A stretch of 54,780 bases of DNA from positions 1 through 54,780 of the IMG/VR virus record IMGVR_UViG_3300037307_000593, one strand, 5' to 3'. Positions 19,292-28,236 of the stretch are shown one piece after another. The notes beneath the pieces were generated by a model that worked only from the letters and a program-made list of their open reading frames with translations, made no database searches and was not told the origin of the DNA. The stretch comes from a virus. Taxonomy: Duplodnaviria; Caudoviricetes. The first letter of the stretch is position 1, and the number at the start of each line of letters is the position of its first letter. Both the position numbers and the translations under genes were made by a program.

Positions 19292-20827
19292 CTAGGCGGG
19301 CGCCACTTCCGTAGCGGACTCCGCTTGTTCGGTGACGCCGGGTTCGACGGGTTCGAGGCCTGCGGCCTCGGTCTCCTCCGCCGTCTCCTCGGCCACCTCG
19401 TCCGTGGCGTCTTGCTGCAGCAACTGGGCCTCGGCCTGCTCCTCTTGGATCTCCTTCAGTTCCTCCTCCGCGGTGACGCCCGGGCGCGCGAGTTCGCCGC
19501 GCTGGAGGTTATAGAAGAAGGTCTCGTAGCTCATCGCCCCGCCCTGCCATGCGGCCATCAGGTTGGCGAGCGTCGAGGCGTCGAGTTGCGTCTCAAAGAA
19601 GTCGCGGTTGAGGTCGATGCGGATCTCGGCGTCGGGCTGCCCGTCCACCTCAAAGGCGAGCCACCATGCGTGCCACTGGACGGCGCGGCTGAACCCCTCG
19701 TTCAGGGCCGCGACGACCGAGCCAAGCGTGGCAGCTTCCCCCGCGTGGCGCATCTTCACGGCCTCGGCGGTCTCAGCCTGTCGGGGCTGGGACTCCAAGA
19801 GCCGCGCCCCGAGGATGGCCATCAACTGCTCCTTGTGGAGGGCCGCCTCGCGCAGTTCCTTAAGGCCCGCGCCGGAGAACTCCAGCATCCCGACCTTGGC
19901 CTGCGGGTCGGGCATCGTCCATGCGGTCCCTGCGCCGATGGCGAGCTTGCCGGGCTTGCCGTCGGGGCCGATGACCTCGCTGTAGCCCGTGACCCACGGC
20001 GTCGGCAGGGCGGTGAAGTGCCGCCCATGCTCCAGATCGGCCATGGTGCGGTAGTGCGAGACGTTCACATCCACGAGGTCGAGCAGGGGCGGCTTGTCCA
20101 CAGACGCTTCGATGTTGCGCGGCCCGAAGAAGACGAAGGGGATCTGGGTGAGCGGTTGACCTCGGCGCACCGGCGTGTAGGTGGCCTCGCGGAGGAACTG
20201 GGTCTTGTCGCTCGCCGAGGGCCGCCACAAGGTCTGGGTGTAGACCCCGTTGACCACGCGGCACTCGCGATACTGCATCGTCGCCACGCTCTTGTAGGGG
20301 TCGGTGGGATCGGGCACCCACAGCGTCTCGCGCAGGACGAGTGCGATGAGTTCCATCTGGCCGGTGACGGGGTTGCGCGCCTCGGCCCAGTTGAGGATGT
20401 CTTCGGCGTCGTAGAGCACCCAGTAGGGCCGCGACTCGGGCGTCGCCTCGGGCGGCATGTCCACGAGGGTGCCGCACCGGCCGGTGATCAGGACTTCCTG
20501 CACGGCCGCGAGCACGTACCCGTCGAGGGAGGTGCCGGTGAGGGTGACGTCGCTCATCTGGTCGCGCACGACGTCGTTGGCCGTGACGACGGCGGGGCGC
20601 CGGACGATCATGCCGCTGAGGCCCGAGACCGTGCGCTCGGTGGCGGGATAGAAGAGCGCCCGCAAGACATAGTTCTCGTACTGCGTCTCGTCGGTCATGC
20701 CTTCCAGTGCGGGCAGGTAGGTGCGCTTCCGCGCCTTGATGGCATCGGTGCCGAGATACGCGTCTCGACAGCGCAGCCATTGATGGGCCGCCGCACTGTA
20801 TTCCCGATGAGGCGTGCTGATGGGCAT
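19292..20827 (-). CDS. Portal protein (DUF4055 type)
   Basis: 511 aa with YLP..., RA.FY..T.RT, IPFVFFG, KPPLLDL...N..HYR..ADLEHG.H, GARL motifs; follows TerL. Confidence 0.9.
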   Translation of the reverse strand: MPISTPHREYSAAAHQWLRCRDAYLGTDAIKARKRTYLPALEGMTDETQYENYVLRALFYPATERTVSGLSGMIVRRPAVVTANDVVRDQMSDVTLTGTSLDGYVLAAVQEVLITGRCGTLVDMPPEATPESRPYWVLYDAEDILNWAEARNPVTGQMELIALVLRETLWVPDPTDPYKSVATMQYRECRVVNGVYTQTLWRPSASDKTQFLREATYTPVRRGQPLTQIPFVFFGPRNIEASVDKPPLLDLVDVNVSHYRTMADLEHGRHFTALPTPWVTGYSEVIGPDGKPGKLAIGAGTAWTMPDPQAKVGMLEFSGAGLKELREAALHKEQLMAILGARLLESQPRQAETAEAVKMRHAGEAATLGSVVAALNEGFSRAVQWHAWWLAFEVDGQPDAEIRIDLNRDFFETQLDASTLANLMAAWQGGAMSYETFFYNLQRGELARPGVTAEEELKEIQEEQAEAQLLQQDATDEVAEETAEETEAAGLEPVEPGVTEQAESATEVAPA

Positions 20828-20915
20828 GAGACCGTCTCCCCGCTATAATGAGCGGGACGTGAAGTGGTGAGACACCTCACGCCCCTCGCCGCACGCCAAC
20901 ACCGGAGGTTGACGC

Positions 20916-21567
20916 ATGGTTGCCACGCAGTATCTCACCGTTCCGCATCTGGATCGCGCCACCCTCACGCGCCTCTTCAGCAAAATCACCGTCGATCCTG
21001 TGACCCAGTGCTGGCTGTGGACGGGGGCACTCGCGCATGGCTATGGGCAAGCGTGTTACACCGCTCCGCGCCAGCGTAAACGCACGGTAATGACCCACCG
21101 CTTGATGTACGCATGGCTGGTGGCTCCCCTCCCTCTCGGGTTGGGCCGTGACATTCCCCCAGATTGACCATGCAGGGTGCGACACCAAACGCTGCTGTAA
21201 TCCCGCACATCTCAAGCTCGTGTCCCCGCGCGAGAATATGCTCCGCGCCCCAACAGTCTCTGGCATCAACGCCAGAAAGACACACTGCCCCCATGGGCAT
21301 CTCTTGCCAGAGACGCCTAATGACGGGATGCGTCGCGCTTGCTTGATCTGTCGCACGACTCAACAACGCTATCGCTATCACAAGAATAAAGAGAGGCACA
21401 GGCAACTCGCCCGCAAGAGTTACTTGGCTCATCATGCGAAACGTCTTCAACGGCAACGCCAGTACTATCGTGATCATCGCGATGAAGTGCGCGCGCGAGC
21501 GAACGCCGCGAGACGACAAGCTAAAACCCAGACAACTTCTGCATTCGTGCCGGACCATGACGTGTAA
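20916..21567 (+). pseudogene. HNH homing endonuclease split by a 1-nt frameshift
   Basis: Frame 1 gives CWLWTG...GYG...THRLMY and frame 2 gives QIDH..C....CCNPAHL.......EN..R...KTHCPHGH. The halves join if one C of the C5 run at 21156-21160 is removed. Confidence 0.75.
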
Positions 21568-24500
21568 GGTCATTGAATGCGCCGGCTGTCGCATCGGCGA
21601 TGTCGTCGTACGGTGAATCAGGGACGTGCCCCATCTCATCGAGAAACTCTCGATTCCATGCCGCCATCACAATCGAGACGTGGCCGACCTGCGCTTGGGC
21701 AGCGAGCGGCTTCCAGCGCGAGACCTTGTCGCCAGTGGTCGCTACGCCGCGGAAATCAAAACCAACAAGTGATTTCGCGTGCTGGGCAATGACCGACTTC
21801 CCAGAACTCCCAGACTCTTGTTCCTCTCTGATGCGCACGCCGTAGCCGTCAGTCTGCGCCGTGTGGACGATGATCTTTTCCACGTCTCCAGGCGCCCATT
21901 GCCCGCGGATCATGTCCTCAATCACAAACATACCATCGGCATAGCGCGCCATACGGACGCCTACGGTGAAGTCCCCTCCAGCCGCTGTGGCCGCGCAATC
22001 CCAGAAGCGCGTACGCGCCACCGGTTGTCCTGCAAGCACGGTCGGAATGACAAGAAACCAGATCCGCTGAAACAAGCTCCCCGTGGACTCGCGGACGTTC
22101 CAGTTGCCCTTGCGCAAGCGCATCCGCTCGACGTAGGGCAGCGACTCCAAGGTGCCGAGGTACTGGGGATCCTTGGCGAGGAGGGTGGGATTGTCCTCAA
22201 TCGCCATCGGGACGAAGGAGAGCGACTTGACGAGGGCGGGTTCCGTGCCGGGAAACTGGGCGAGCACCTCATCGCGCGTGTCGCCCCAGAAGAGTTGCTC
22301 GCTGCGCCGCAGGAACCAGCGCAACTTCCCTGCGCGCTCAGGAATCGGGTAACCGGACTCGGGGTCAATCCACCACTGCAGCAACTCGTGGAGCCAGCCG
22401 CCGGTCTCGTCGTCCACAGGGACGGGGTTGCAGTTGTGGGAGAGCACGCCTCCGGCGACGTACGTATGCACGTCTGGGAGGACAAGATCATAGACTGGCA
22501 TGGGACCAGTCTCTGAGATGTCCGTGACACGCTGCCATGCCCACGCGATCCATGTCGAGAGGGGGCCTGTGGGGCGTCCGTCCGCCTGCGCGAGATCAAA
22601 GAGGCGCATGGCGGTGCCACGTCGCATGACGGCGTTGCGATTCCACCAACTTTTGCCCACGAGATCGCGCAGATGCCAAAGGGCATGGCGGTCGATAGGC
22701 ACGCCATCGACCTCGCGGTTGCGCGCCCATGTCAAGCGTTGCGTCCAGCGAGGCAGCGCCATGTCCAAGACCGCCTGCTTGCGGACCATGCGGAACCCTA
22801 TGCACTCCGCGTAGCGTATGGCCTGTTGGCCGCAGAGCATTACCGTGAAGACCGGATGGCGAGGCGGCGCTCGGTGTTGCACACGCAACCGCGCGATGAT
22901 GCCGAATCGACGCAGGAAGACAATGACTTGATGCGCGAGTTCTCGGCTCGTCACCGCGAATTCAATCGCGTCTCGGCCAACGTACCCTTCGGCGTCGAAC
23001 AACCCTTGCACCACCGCCCGTGTGGCCTCGGCATCCCCCTCGGTGTACTCCCACGGCACGGCACGGGCCGGCTGCGGCACCAAGGCATCTCTCCACCTCG
23101 ACATCAACTGAGAGACGTAGTCGTTTGGGGCCGTTGTATAGACCGCGATGCCCTTGCTCGTGCGCCGCTGGTGACACCCAATCTTGGTTCGACACACCCG
23201 TCGTGCGACCTCCGCGATGTAGGCGGCGTGGGGGCCGTCCGCTTCTGACCAACACAGCCTTGCGCGATGTCGCCCAGTAATGCCCCCATCTCCAGCGGTA
23301 TAGCCCACCAGATAGGCTTCGTCGGGATCGAACTGACGCGGTCCCATGGGAAGCGTCCGAGGAGTTGCCAGATAGTCGCCGACCCGTAATGCGTCGGCGC
23401 GCACCTCGGCGACCCCTGTCGGGGTCCACCGAAAGACGCGATGATCTGGGGAACACAGAATCTCGCTCTGATTGGTACGAATTCGGTAGCCCACGTCGAT
23501 CATCCGCGTGATGGTATCGACGGGCTGCTGGGTCACCGCACTCGCGTCGGTGGGCTGCAACGAGAGGATGCGGTCCTGACGGCGGCATTGGTCCAGCCTC
23601 CGCACCCCGCCCGTGGCGGTGACGACGAGCGTATCTCCAGCCATGCACGTTGCGCGTGTATATGGCCGGACGCCACAGACCGAGCGGTTGCGCGAGAGCA
23701 GGTACCAGAACTGCCGCGCCGTGAAGTCTTCCAATTGGTCGAAGAGGATCAGCGCAATCTGCGCCCCCTTCCAATCCAACCGGTTCTTCTCGTGCTGCAG
23801 ATGGGAGAAGCGGATCGTCGCGCCCGAGTCCCACTTCCACTTCATGTAGGCCGAGGTCGCGCCCGTATACGGGTAGATCTTCTCGCTCTCCGCCCATGGC
23901 CCGCCCGCCGCTTCCAACTGCGAGAACGTGCGCCGGAAGAGCACGGCATCGAAGTCAGGCACCGCGATGTGCCGCAGCGGCTCCATCAAGAGGCTAAACG
24001 TGTTGTGCGTCGGGATCATCGCCTCGCTGGCGAGGTAGAGATGATCGGGCGCATCAATGGCGATGCAGCACATCTCGGCCTCGGGGACGCGCTCGGCGGA
24101 AACGATGTACCGGAACTGCGTCGTGCGCCGCGTGGCGATCTTCTGCGCGTCCCGCTTACGCGGGATCCGAAACAGCGGGCGGTTGGGGACAAACTTCAGC
24201 GTCCAGCATTCGCCCACATCCTGTCCGTTGAGCGACATGCGCTTGGAGCGGAGCGTGACCTTGTGGCCAAGTGAGACGGCGAGGTGACGCACGCCCTCCG
24301 CGAGGGCATAGACGGTTGAGCAGAAGGAGACGCCGGATCCATCGTTTCCGCCGTCGGTGTCCATCAGCCCTTGCAGGAGCGCCTCGCGCTGGGCGATGGA
24401 GGCCCAGAGGTAGGCGGTGGGGATGTGTTTGTGCCCAAAGAGTCCCATCCGTTTCAACACCGCCGTCAAGCCGACGATGTTTCGCATCTCGGCGCGACCA

Positions 24501-25222
24501 CACTTCGCGCTGTTGGCCCACGGTTGGCTGACGACCCAGCCTGCGGCACGGAACGCGTCAAAGACCTCGGGGTCCGCACTCGTGATCGCGCCGCCACTCG
24601 TGTTGCCATCTCCCAGCCAGACGCCGAGCAGGTAGGGATCGAGCGGCAGGACGTGCTCCGGCAACCGCAGTGGGGCCGCGACGGGAATCGCGTGGTTCGC
24701 GCGGCGACCGTCTCGTACGCGGAGCGTGGCGACAAGGGTGCGAGTGTCTCGCACGGTGCCAGTGGGCGGGGGAAACGGCGGATTCCCATGTCCCCTCTTC
24801 CCCGAGCGGTTCCGCCTCGCTCGGCGACGAGCACGCCACTGGGGCGTCCGCGTCGTCAGTTGGTGGAGTTCCGCAGCGGTGAAGGTTAGCCAGAGGTGCT
24901 CGTCGTGGGCGACGATCTGACTCCCATCATCGAAGGTGAGGCGCCACGCCTCGTCTACGATCCGCCGTGAGACCTGTGTGACGGTGTACGCATGGCCGTC
25001 GCGCCCATAGACCGCCTCGCCGGGACAGATGTCGCCGATGGCCCGCCACCCCGTGGGCGTCGGGAGGGGCGTCGAGACCTCCAGCAGCTTGCCTCCGCCG
25101 GCCGACCCCCCGCCGATGCAGATGTCGGCGGGATTGGACAGGAACGCTTCCTGCGGCCCCGCGTGCGGCCGAATGTCGGCCTCATCGCGCAGGTCAGGCG
25201 TCGTCGGGGTCGGGAGGGTCAC
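21521..25222 (-). CDS. terL: Terminase large subunit containing two inteins (about 466 aa after splicing)
   Basis: Walker A GGSAGGGK|T, Walker B ILFDQ, RAT|CNP motif, nuclease FWD.A...GDF and DDIADA. Confidence 0.93.
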   Translation of the reverse strand: MTLPTPTTPDLRDEADIRPHAGPQEAFLSNPADICIGGGSAGGGKLLEVSTPLPTPTGWRAIGDICPGEAVYGRDGHAYTVTQVSRRIVDEAWRLTFDDGSQIVAHDEHLWLTFTAAELHQLTTRTPQWRARRRARRNRSGKRGHGNPPFPPPTGTVRDTRTLVATLRVRDGRRANHAIPVAAPLRLPEHVLPLDPYLLGVWLGDGNTSGGAITSADPEVFDAFRAAGWVVSQPWANSAKCGRAEMRNIVGLTAVLKRMGLFGHKHIPTAYLWASIAQREALLQGLMDTDGGNDGSGVSFCSTVYALAEGVRHLAVSLGHKVTLRSKRMSLNGQDVGECWTLKFVPNRPLFRIPRKRDAQKIATRRTTQFRYIVSAERVPEAEMCCIAIDAPDHLYLASEAMIPTHNTFSLLMEPLRHIAVPDFDAVLFRRTFSQLEAAGGPWAESEKIYPYTGATSAYMKWKWDSGATIRFSHLQHEKNRLDWKGAQIALILFDQLEDFTARQFWYLLSRNRSVCGVRPYTRATCMAGDTLVVTATGGVRRLDQCRRQDRILSLQPTDASAVTQQPVDTITRMIDVGYRIRTNQSEILCSPDHRVFRWTPTGVAEVRADALRVGDYLATPRTLPMGPRQFDPDEAYLVGYTAGDGGITGRHRARLCWSEADGPHAAYIAEVARRVCRTKIGCHQRRTSKGIAVYTTAPNDYVSQLMSRWRDALVPQPARAVPWEYTEGDAEATRAVVQGLFDAEGYVGRDAIEFAVTSRELAHQVIVFLRRFGIIARLRVQHRAPPRHPVFTVMLCGQQAIRYAECIGFRMVRKQAVLDMALPRWTQRLTWARNREVDGVPIDRHALWHLRDLVGKSWWNRNAVMRRGTAMRLFDLAQADGRPTGPLSTWIAWAWQRVTDISETGPMPVYDLVLPDVHTYVAGGVLSHNCNPVPVDDETGGWLHELLQWWIDPESGYPIPERAGKLRWFLRRSEQLFWGDTRDEVLAQFPGTEPALVKSLSFVPMAIEDNPTLLAKDPQYLGTLESLPYVERMRLRKGNWNVRESTGSLFQRIWFLVIPTVLAGQPVARTRFWDCAATAAGGDFTVGVRMARYADGMFVIEDMIRGQWAPGDVEKIIVHTAQTDGYGVRIREEQESGSSGKSVIAQHAKSLVGFDFRGVATTGDKVSRWKPLAAQAQVGHVSIVMAAWNREFLDEMGHVPDSPYDDIADATAGAFNDLTRHGPARMQKLSGF
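22433..23647 (-). mobile_element. Class 1 intein with LAGLIDADG endonuclease (405 aa)
   Basis: Starts CMAGDT; block B CSPDHRVF; LVGYTAGDG and VQGLFDAEG motifs; ends VYDL...VLSHN before a Cys+1. Confidence 0.9.
24002..25087 (-). mobile_element. Class 3-type intein with LAGLIDADG endonuclease (362 aa), Leu at position 1
   Basis: Starts LLEVSTPLPTPTGW; block B HDEHLW, block F MCCIAID, block G PTHN before Thr+1; LGVWLGDG and LQGLMDTDG motifs; inserted in the P-loop. Confidence 0.88.
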
Positions 25223-25862
25223 AGGCAGGGGTCACCTCGGCGTCCAGCGCCTCGGGCAAGGCTGGGGTCGCGGGTTGCTGCCGCACGATGACGCCCGTCG
25301 TCACGGTCCCGTCACGGTGATTGCTCGGCAGATACACGGACACGGTCGTCCCGCCAGTGGTCGGCGCCTCCTCCGCGGGCAGGGGCCGCTTCCCATACAC
25401 CTCGGGCCACCGCCGCTCCAGCATCCACGCCGCCGCCTGCCACGTCCGACCGGCGTGCTTCCGAATGTAGCTGAGATACGAGACTTCCGCATTGGCGTGG
25501 GCCATCTGCACCTTCTCGGCGAACTTCGCAAGGCCCACCATGTCCGGCGGCTCGACGTACTCATGCCACCGACTCTCGTCCCCGCCCGCGAGCCGACATC
25601 GCCCCACGGCCGCCCACATCTCCTTGCTGCCCCGACGCAGCCACTCGTAATACGTCCGCTCCCCAATCCCCGCCACGTCACACGCCGTCCGAATCGGCGC
25701 CCCGAGGCTCAACGCCAACAACACCGCCTGCGCAATCTCATCGGTGAACGACCAGTTCGGCGCCTTCAACAGCCCGCCCCGCCCCCGCGCATTCCGCACA
25801 TGCGGCTGCTTCGGCGCCGGCGCCACCAACACCTCGTCGTCAAATCTCGGCTTGGGACTCAT
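25194..25862 (-). CDS. Terminase small subunit-like HTH protein
   Basis: LGAPIRTACDVAGIGERTYYEWL HTH and WQAAAWMLERRWPEVYG motif; directly upstream of terL. Confidence 0.75.
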   Translation of the reverse strand: MSPKPRFDDEVLVAPAPKQPHVRNARGRGGLLKAPNWSFTDEIAQAVLLALSLGAPIRTACDVAGIGERTYYEWLRRGSKEMWAAVGRCRLAGGDESRWHEYVEPPDMVGLAKFAEKVQMAHANAEVSYLSYIRKHAGRTWQAAAWMLERRWPEVYGKRPLPAEEAPTTGGTTVSVYLPSNHRDGTVTTGVIVRQQPATPALPEALDAEVTPACDPPDPDDA

Positions 25863-26251
25863 GCCGCCTCCCTCGGAGGCAAATAGCGCGCCGACGAGCA
25901 CAGGCACGGCCCGTAACACCCGCGCAGAAAATGCTGCCCCTCCTCATGCCCACACCGCCGACACCGCTTCCCGCCCGCCACCGGCGTCGGCCCCGCAGGC
26001 ACAGGCCGTCGCGTCTCGGCCCGCGGCGGCTCGACCGGCCGGTCCGGCACCGCCCGCACGGCCGGAGGCGGCAGCCCCTCCACGCCCGTCGGTGCCGTCA
26101 CCCCCTCCCCCCGCCCTTGCCCATGCCGGTAGATCCGCATCGCCTCCTGCAACACCTCCACCACCGACCGCCCCGTCACCTCCGCCGTCCCCCGAAACCA
26201 CTCGTACAACGCCTCGTCCGTCAACTGCACCGACACCCGCTTCGCCGCCAT
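25859..26251 (-). CDS. Ribbon-helix-helix-like protein with C-terminal Cys/His zinc-binding motif
   Basis: KRVSVQLTDEALYEWF...GRSVVEVLQEAM followed by CRRCGH...H....C...CLC; ATGA overlap with terS. Confidence 0.55.
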   Translation of the reverse strand: MAAKRVSVQLTDEALYEWFRGTAEVTGRSVVEVLQEAMRIYRHGQGRGEGVTAPTGVEGLPPPAVRAVPDRPVEPPRAETRRPVPAGPTPVAGGKRCRRCGHEEGQHFLRGCYGPCLCSSARYLPPREAA

Positions 26252-26260
26252 GCCCCCCCC

Positions 26261-26343
26261 TGTCTACACGCCCGTGTCTACACCCCCCCCAGCCCCCTCC
26301 CTCTCCCCCTTGTATACACGCCTTCCCCCCCCCTTGTATACAC
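26261..26343. promoter_or_regulatory. Four copies of TGT(A/C)TACAC, putative operator sites
   Basis: Copies at 26261, 26275, 26311 and 26335 separated by C-runs, immediately upstream of the RHH-like gene. Confidence 0.45.
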
Positions 26344-26965
26344 CTTCCTCCGTCCCCCCATCCCGCCAGGACGATCCGCCCTCCCCCTCCCCAGATCAAC
26401 AACTCCCCCTCCTCATCTCCGACCAAACCAGTCGCCTTTCCGTCACGAGATCTGATCTCCGGCCGCGCCTGGCGCCCTTCGGGCGCTTCGGTTTTTGGGT
26501 CTCGGTTTTTCGACACGTCGGCGACCGAGTTTCCGACACGGCTGTCGGAGAACTGCCACGGTGTCAGCGAGTTGACGCGATGTCGGCCAGCCGACAGCCG
26601 CGTGGACGTCCGGCCGACGATCACGGATCGGTCGCGCGCGGGGTCGGCGCCGCGGCACGTGGGCAGTGGGCCGACAGGCCTCTAGACTCGCCCAGGATGG
26701 CGCAGGACGCGAGATCGATCGCGCCACAGCACGCCATCGGCGCGGCCGCAATGGGGTTCTGTAGGCGCAGGCGTGGAGGTTCACCGGCCGGATCTGCAGG
26801 GTGAGTGACGTGCTAGCGCGGCGGAAAGGCGCGGCGAGCGCGGAGGGGCGGCTGGCGAGCGGGGCGAGCGGCGGAGGAGAGGCGGAGGAGGCGTGTAGGC
26901 GCGCGGGCGTACATGGCACGGGGCCGGAGGGAGGCCGGCCCCGTGGGAGAGAAGGAGGCGCGCGG

Positions 26966-27283
26966 TTATGTAGGAGGAGGCGCGCGAGGCGAGGCGGAGA
27001 GGCGGAGGCGGAGCAAGGAGAGGAGGCGGGAGAGGAGGCGCGCGCGGAGGCGCGGCAAGGCGTGAGGGGACCATGGGCGAGGCGCGATGAGGATGGCGAT
27101 CATGGCCTCGTCAAACGCGTCATGGCAGCCCCTGTAGGGCGAGGCGAGGCGGAGATCATGTGTGCGTGTAGGCGAGAGGTACGCAAGGTGCCGATCCCGA
27201 TCCGGATCGGCATAGCGGATCGTGACGATGTGTGATCCATCTGGAAGGCGAATGATCCGGCGGAGGCGGGAGCGGGCGATCAT
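26966..27283 (-). CDS. Hypothetical protein
   Basis: ATGA overlap with the peptidase stop; C-terminal part is low complexity. Confidence 0.35.
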   Translation of the reverse strand: MIARSRLRRIIRLPDGSHIVTIRYADPDRDRHLAYLSPTRTHDLRLASPYRGCHDAFDEAMIAILIAPRPWSPHALPRLRARLLSRLLSLLRLRLSASPRAPPPT

Positions 27284-28236
27284 GCGCGCCTCCAGCGATC
27301 ATCATCGTCGGCTAAGGCTTTCTCATACGCGGCAAGGGCTTCGTATTCCTCGGAGAGATAGATCGATCCTTCGCGCGGATCGACAAGCCACGCGGGATCC
27401 CAGAAGGCGTGAGCCTCGCGCGCCACGATCAAGGCCTCCGGATCAAGCGCAATCAAGGCACGTCTGAGGCGCATAAGGTGCCGTACGTCTAGGTACTCGC
27501 GAGCGGTATGCTGGCGTCCATAGCCCACTGAGAGGTTGGTACACTCCGCCACGTGATCGGCATATTCGGCGGAGTCCGTGTACACGCCGCCCCTGCACGG
27601 ACGATAGGAGAGACGCGGATCGATCCGCATGATCTCGCGTGCAAGGGACTCGGCGAATGTATCGGAGGCGGTACGCCTGCCGTACTGATGTGTGATCACA
27701 TCAGACGATCCCGCACGATCAAGAGCAATCACGATCCGCTGATGTGCCATCCAGGTTGTTTCCTCACATGCGAGGAATGACGATCCGATCCCGCCTCTCT
27801 CCTCTCCGGTGTGAAAGACAAAATGGCCGGTGACGCCTGCGAGGATCATCTCCCGCGCTAGCCACACGCCAGCGGTATCGTCGGCCCCCAAGCAAGATGA
27901 GTCTGACTCCAGCGGGAGATACAACGCGGAGAGACGCCGATCATAAAGTACCGATTGCCGACCCTCATCGTCATGCACGGTATCGGTATGTGTGCTCCAG
28001 ACGATCCCGCGCGTCGGTTCGCGGATCACGTGAATGTTGCCGATCCGATCCTCATACGCTCCGGAGAGAGAGAGGAGATAGCGATCGATAAACGCCCGCT
28101 CGGTTGCCGATCCATGCGGGCGTTTGTAGCCGTGCATTGTGATCAATGCGGAGAGGCGTCGGCCGATCCCGCGCGTCCTATGCTGCATTGTCGGCCTCGC
28201 AATCGTCGCTAGGCGTGCAATCCTCGCATCGGCCAT
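27280..28236 (-). CDS. M28/M20-like zinc peptidase
   Basis: Metal-ligand motifs HTDTVH, LGADDTAG, GEERG, ALDR, YTD, NLSVGY..QH...E. Confidence 0.8.
   Translation of the reverse strand: MADARIARLATIARPTMQHRTRGIGRRLSALITMHGYKRPHGSATERAFIDRYLLSLSGAYEDRIGNIHVIREPTRGIVWSTHTDTVHDDEGRQSVLYDRRLSALYLPLESDSSCLGADDTAGVWLAREMILAGVTGHFVFHTGEERGGIGSSFLACEETTWMAHQRIVIALDRAGSSDVITHQYGRRTASDTFAESLAREIMRIDPRLSYRPCRGGVYTDSAEYADHVAECTNLSVGYGRQHTAREYLDVRHLMRLRRALIALDPEALIVAREAHAFWDPAWLVDPREGSIYLSEEYEALAAYEKALADDDDRWRRA

Noticed and set aside
18335-20848. 837-aa plus-strand ORF, and similar long plus-strand ORFs such as 7289-8851, 15753-17234, 44028-45698 and 51677-53206
   Set aside because: They are antisense shadows of well-supported minus-strand genes; in high-GC DNA these frames lack stops, and the translations have no recognisable motifs.
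25744-26685. Pro-rich 313-aa plus-strand ORF and Gly-rich 226-aa minus-strand ORF
   Set aside because: Low-complexity translations of C/G-run DNA that overlap the RHH-like gene and a probable regulatory region.
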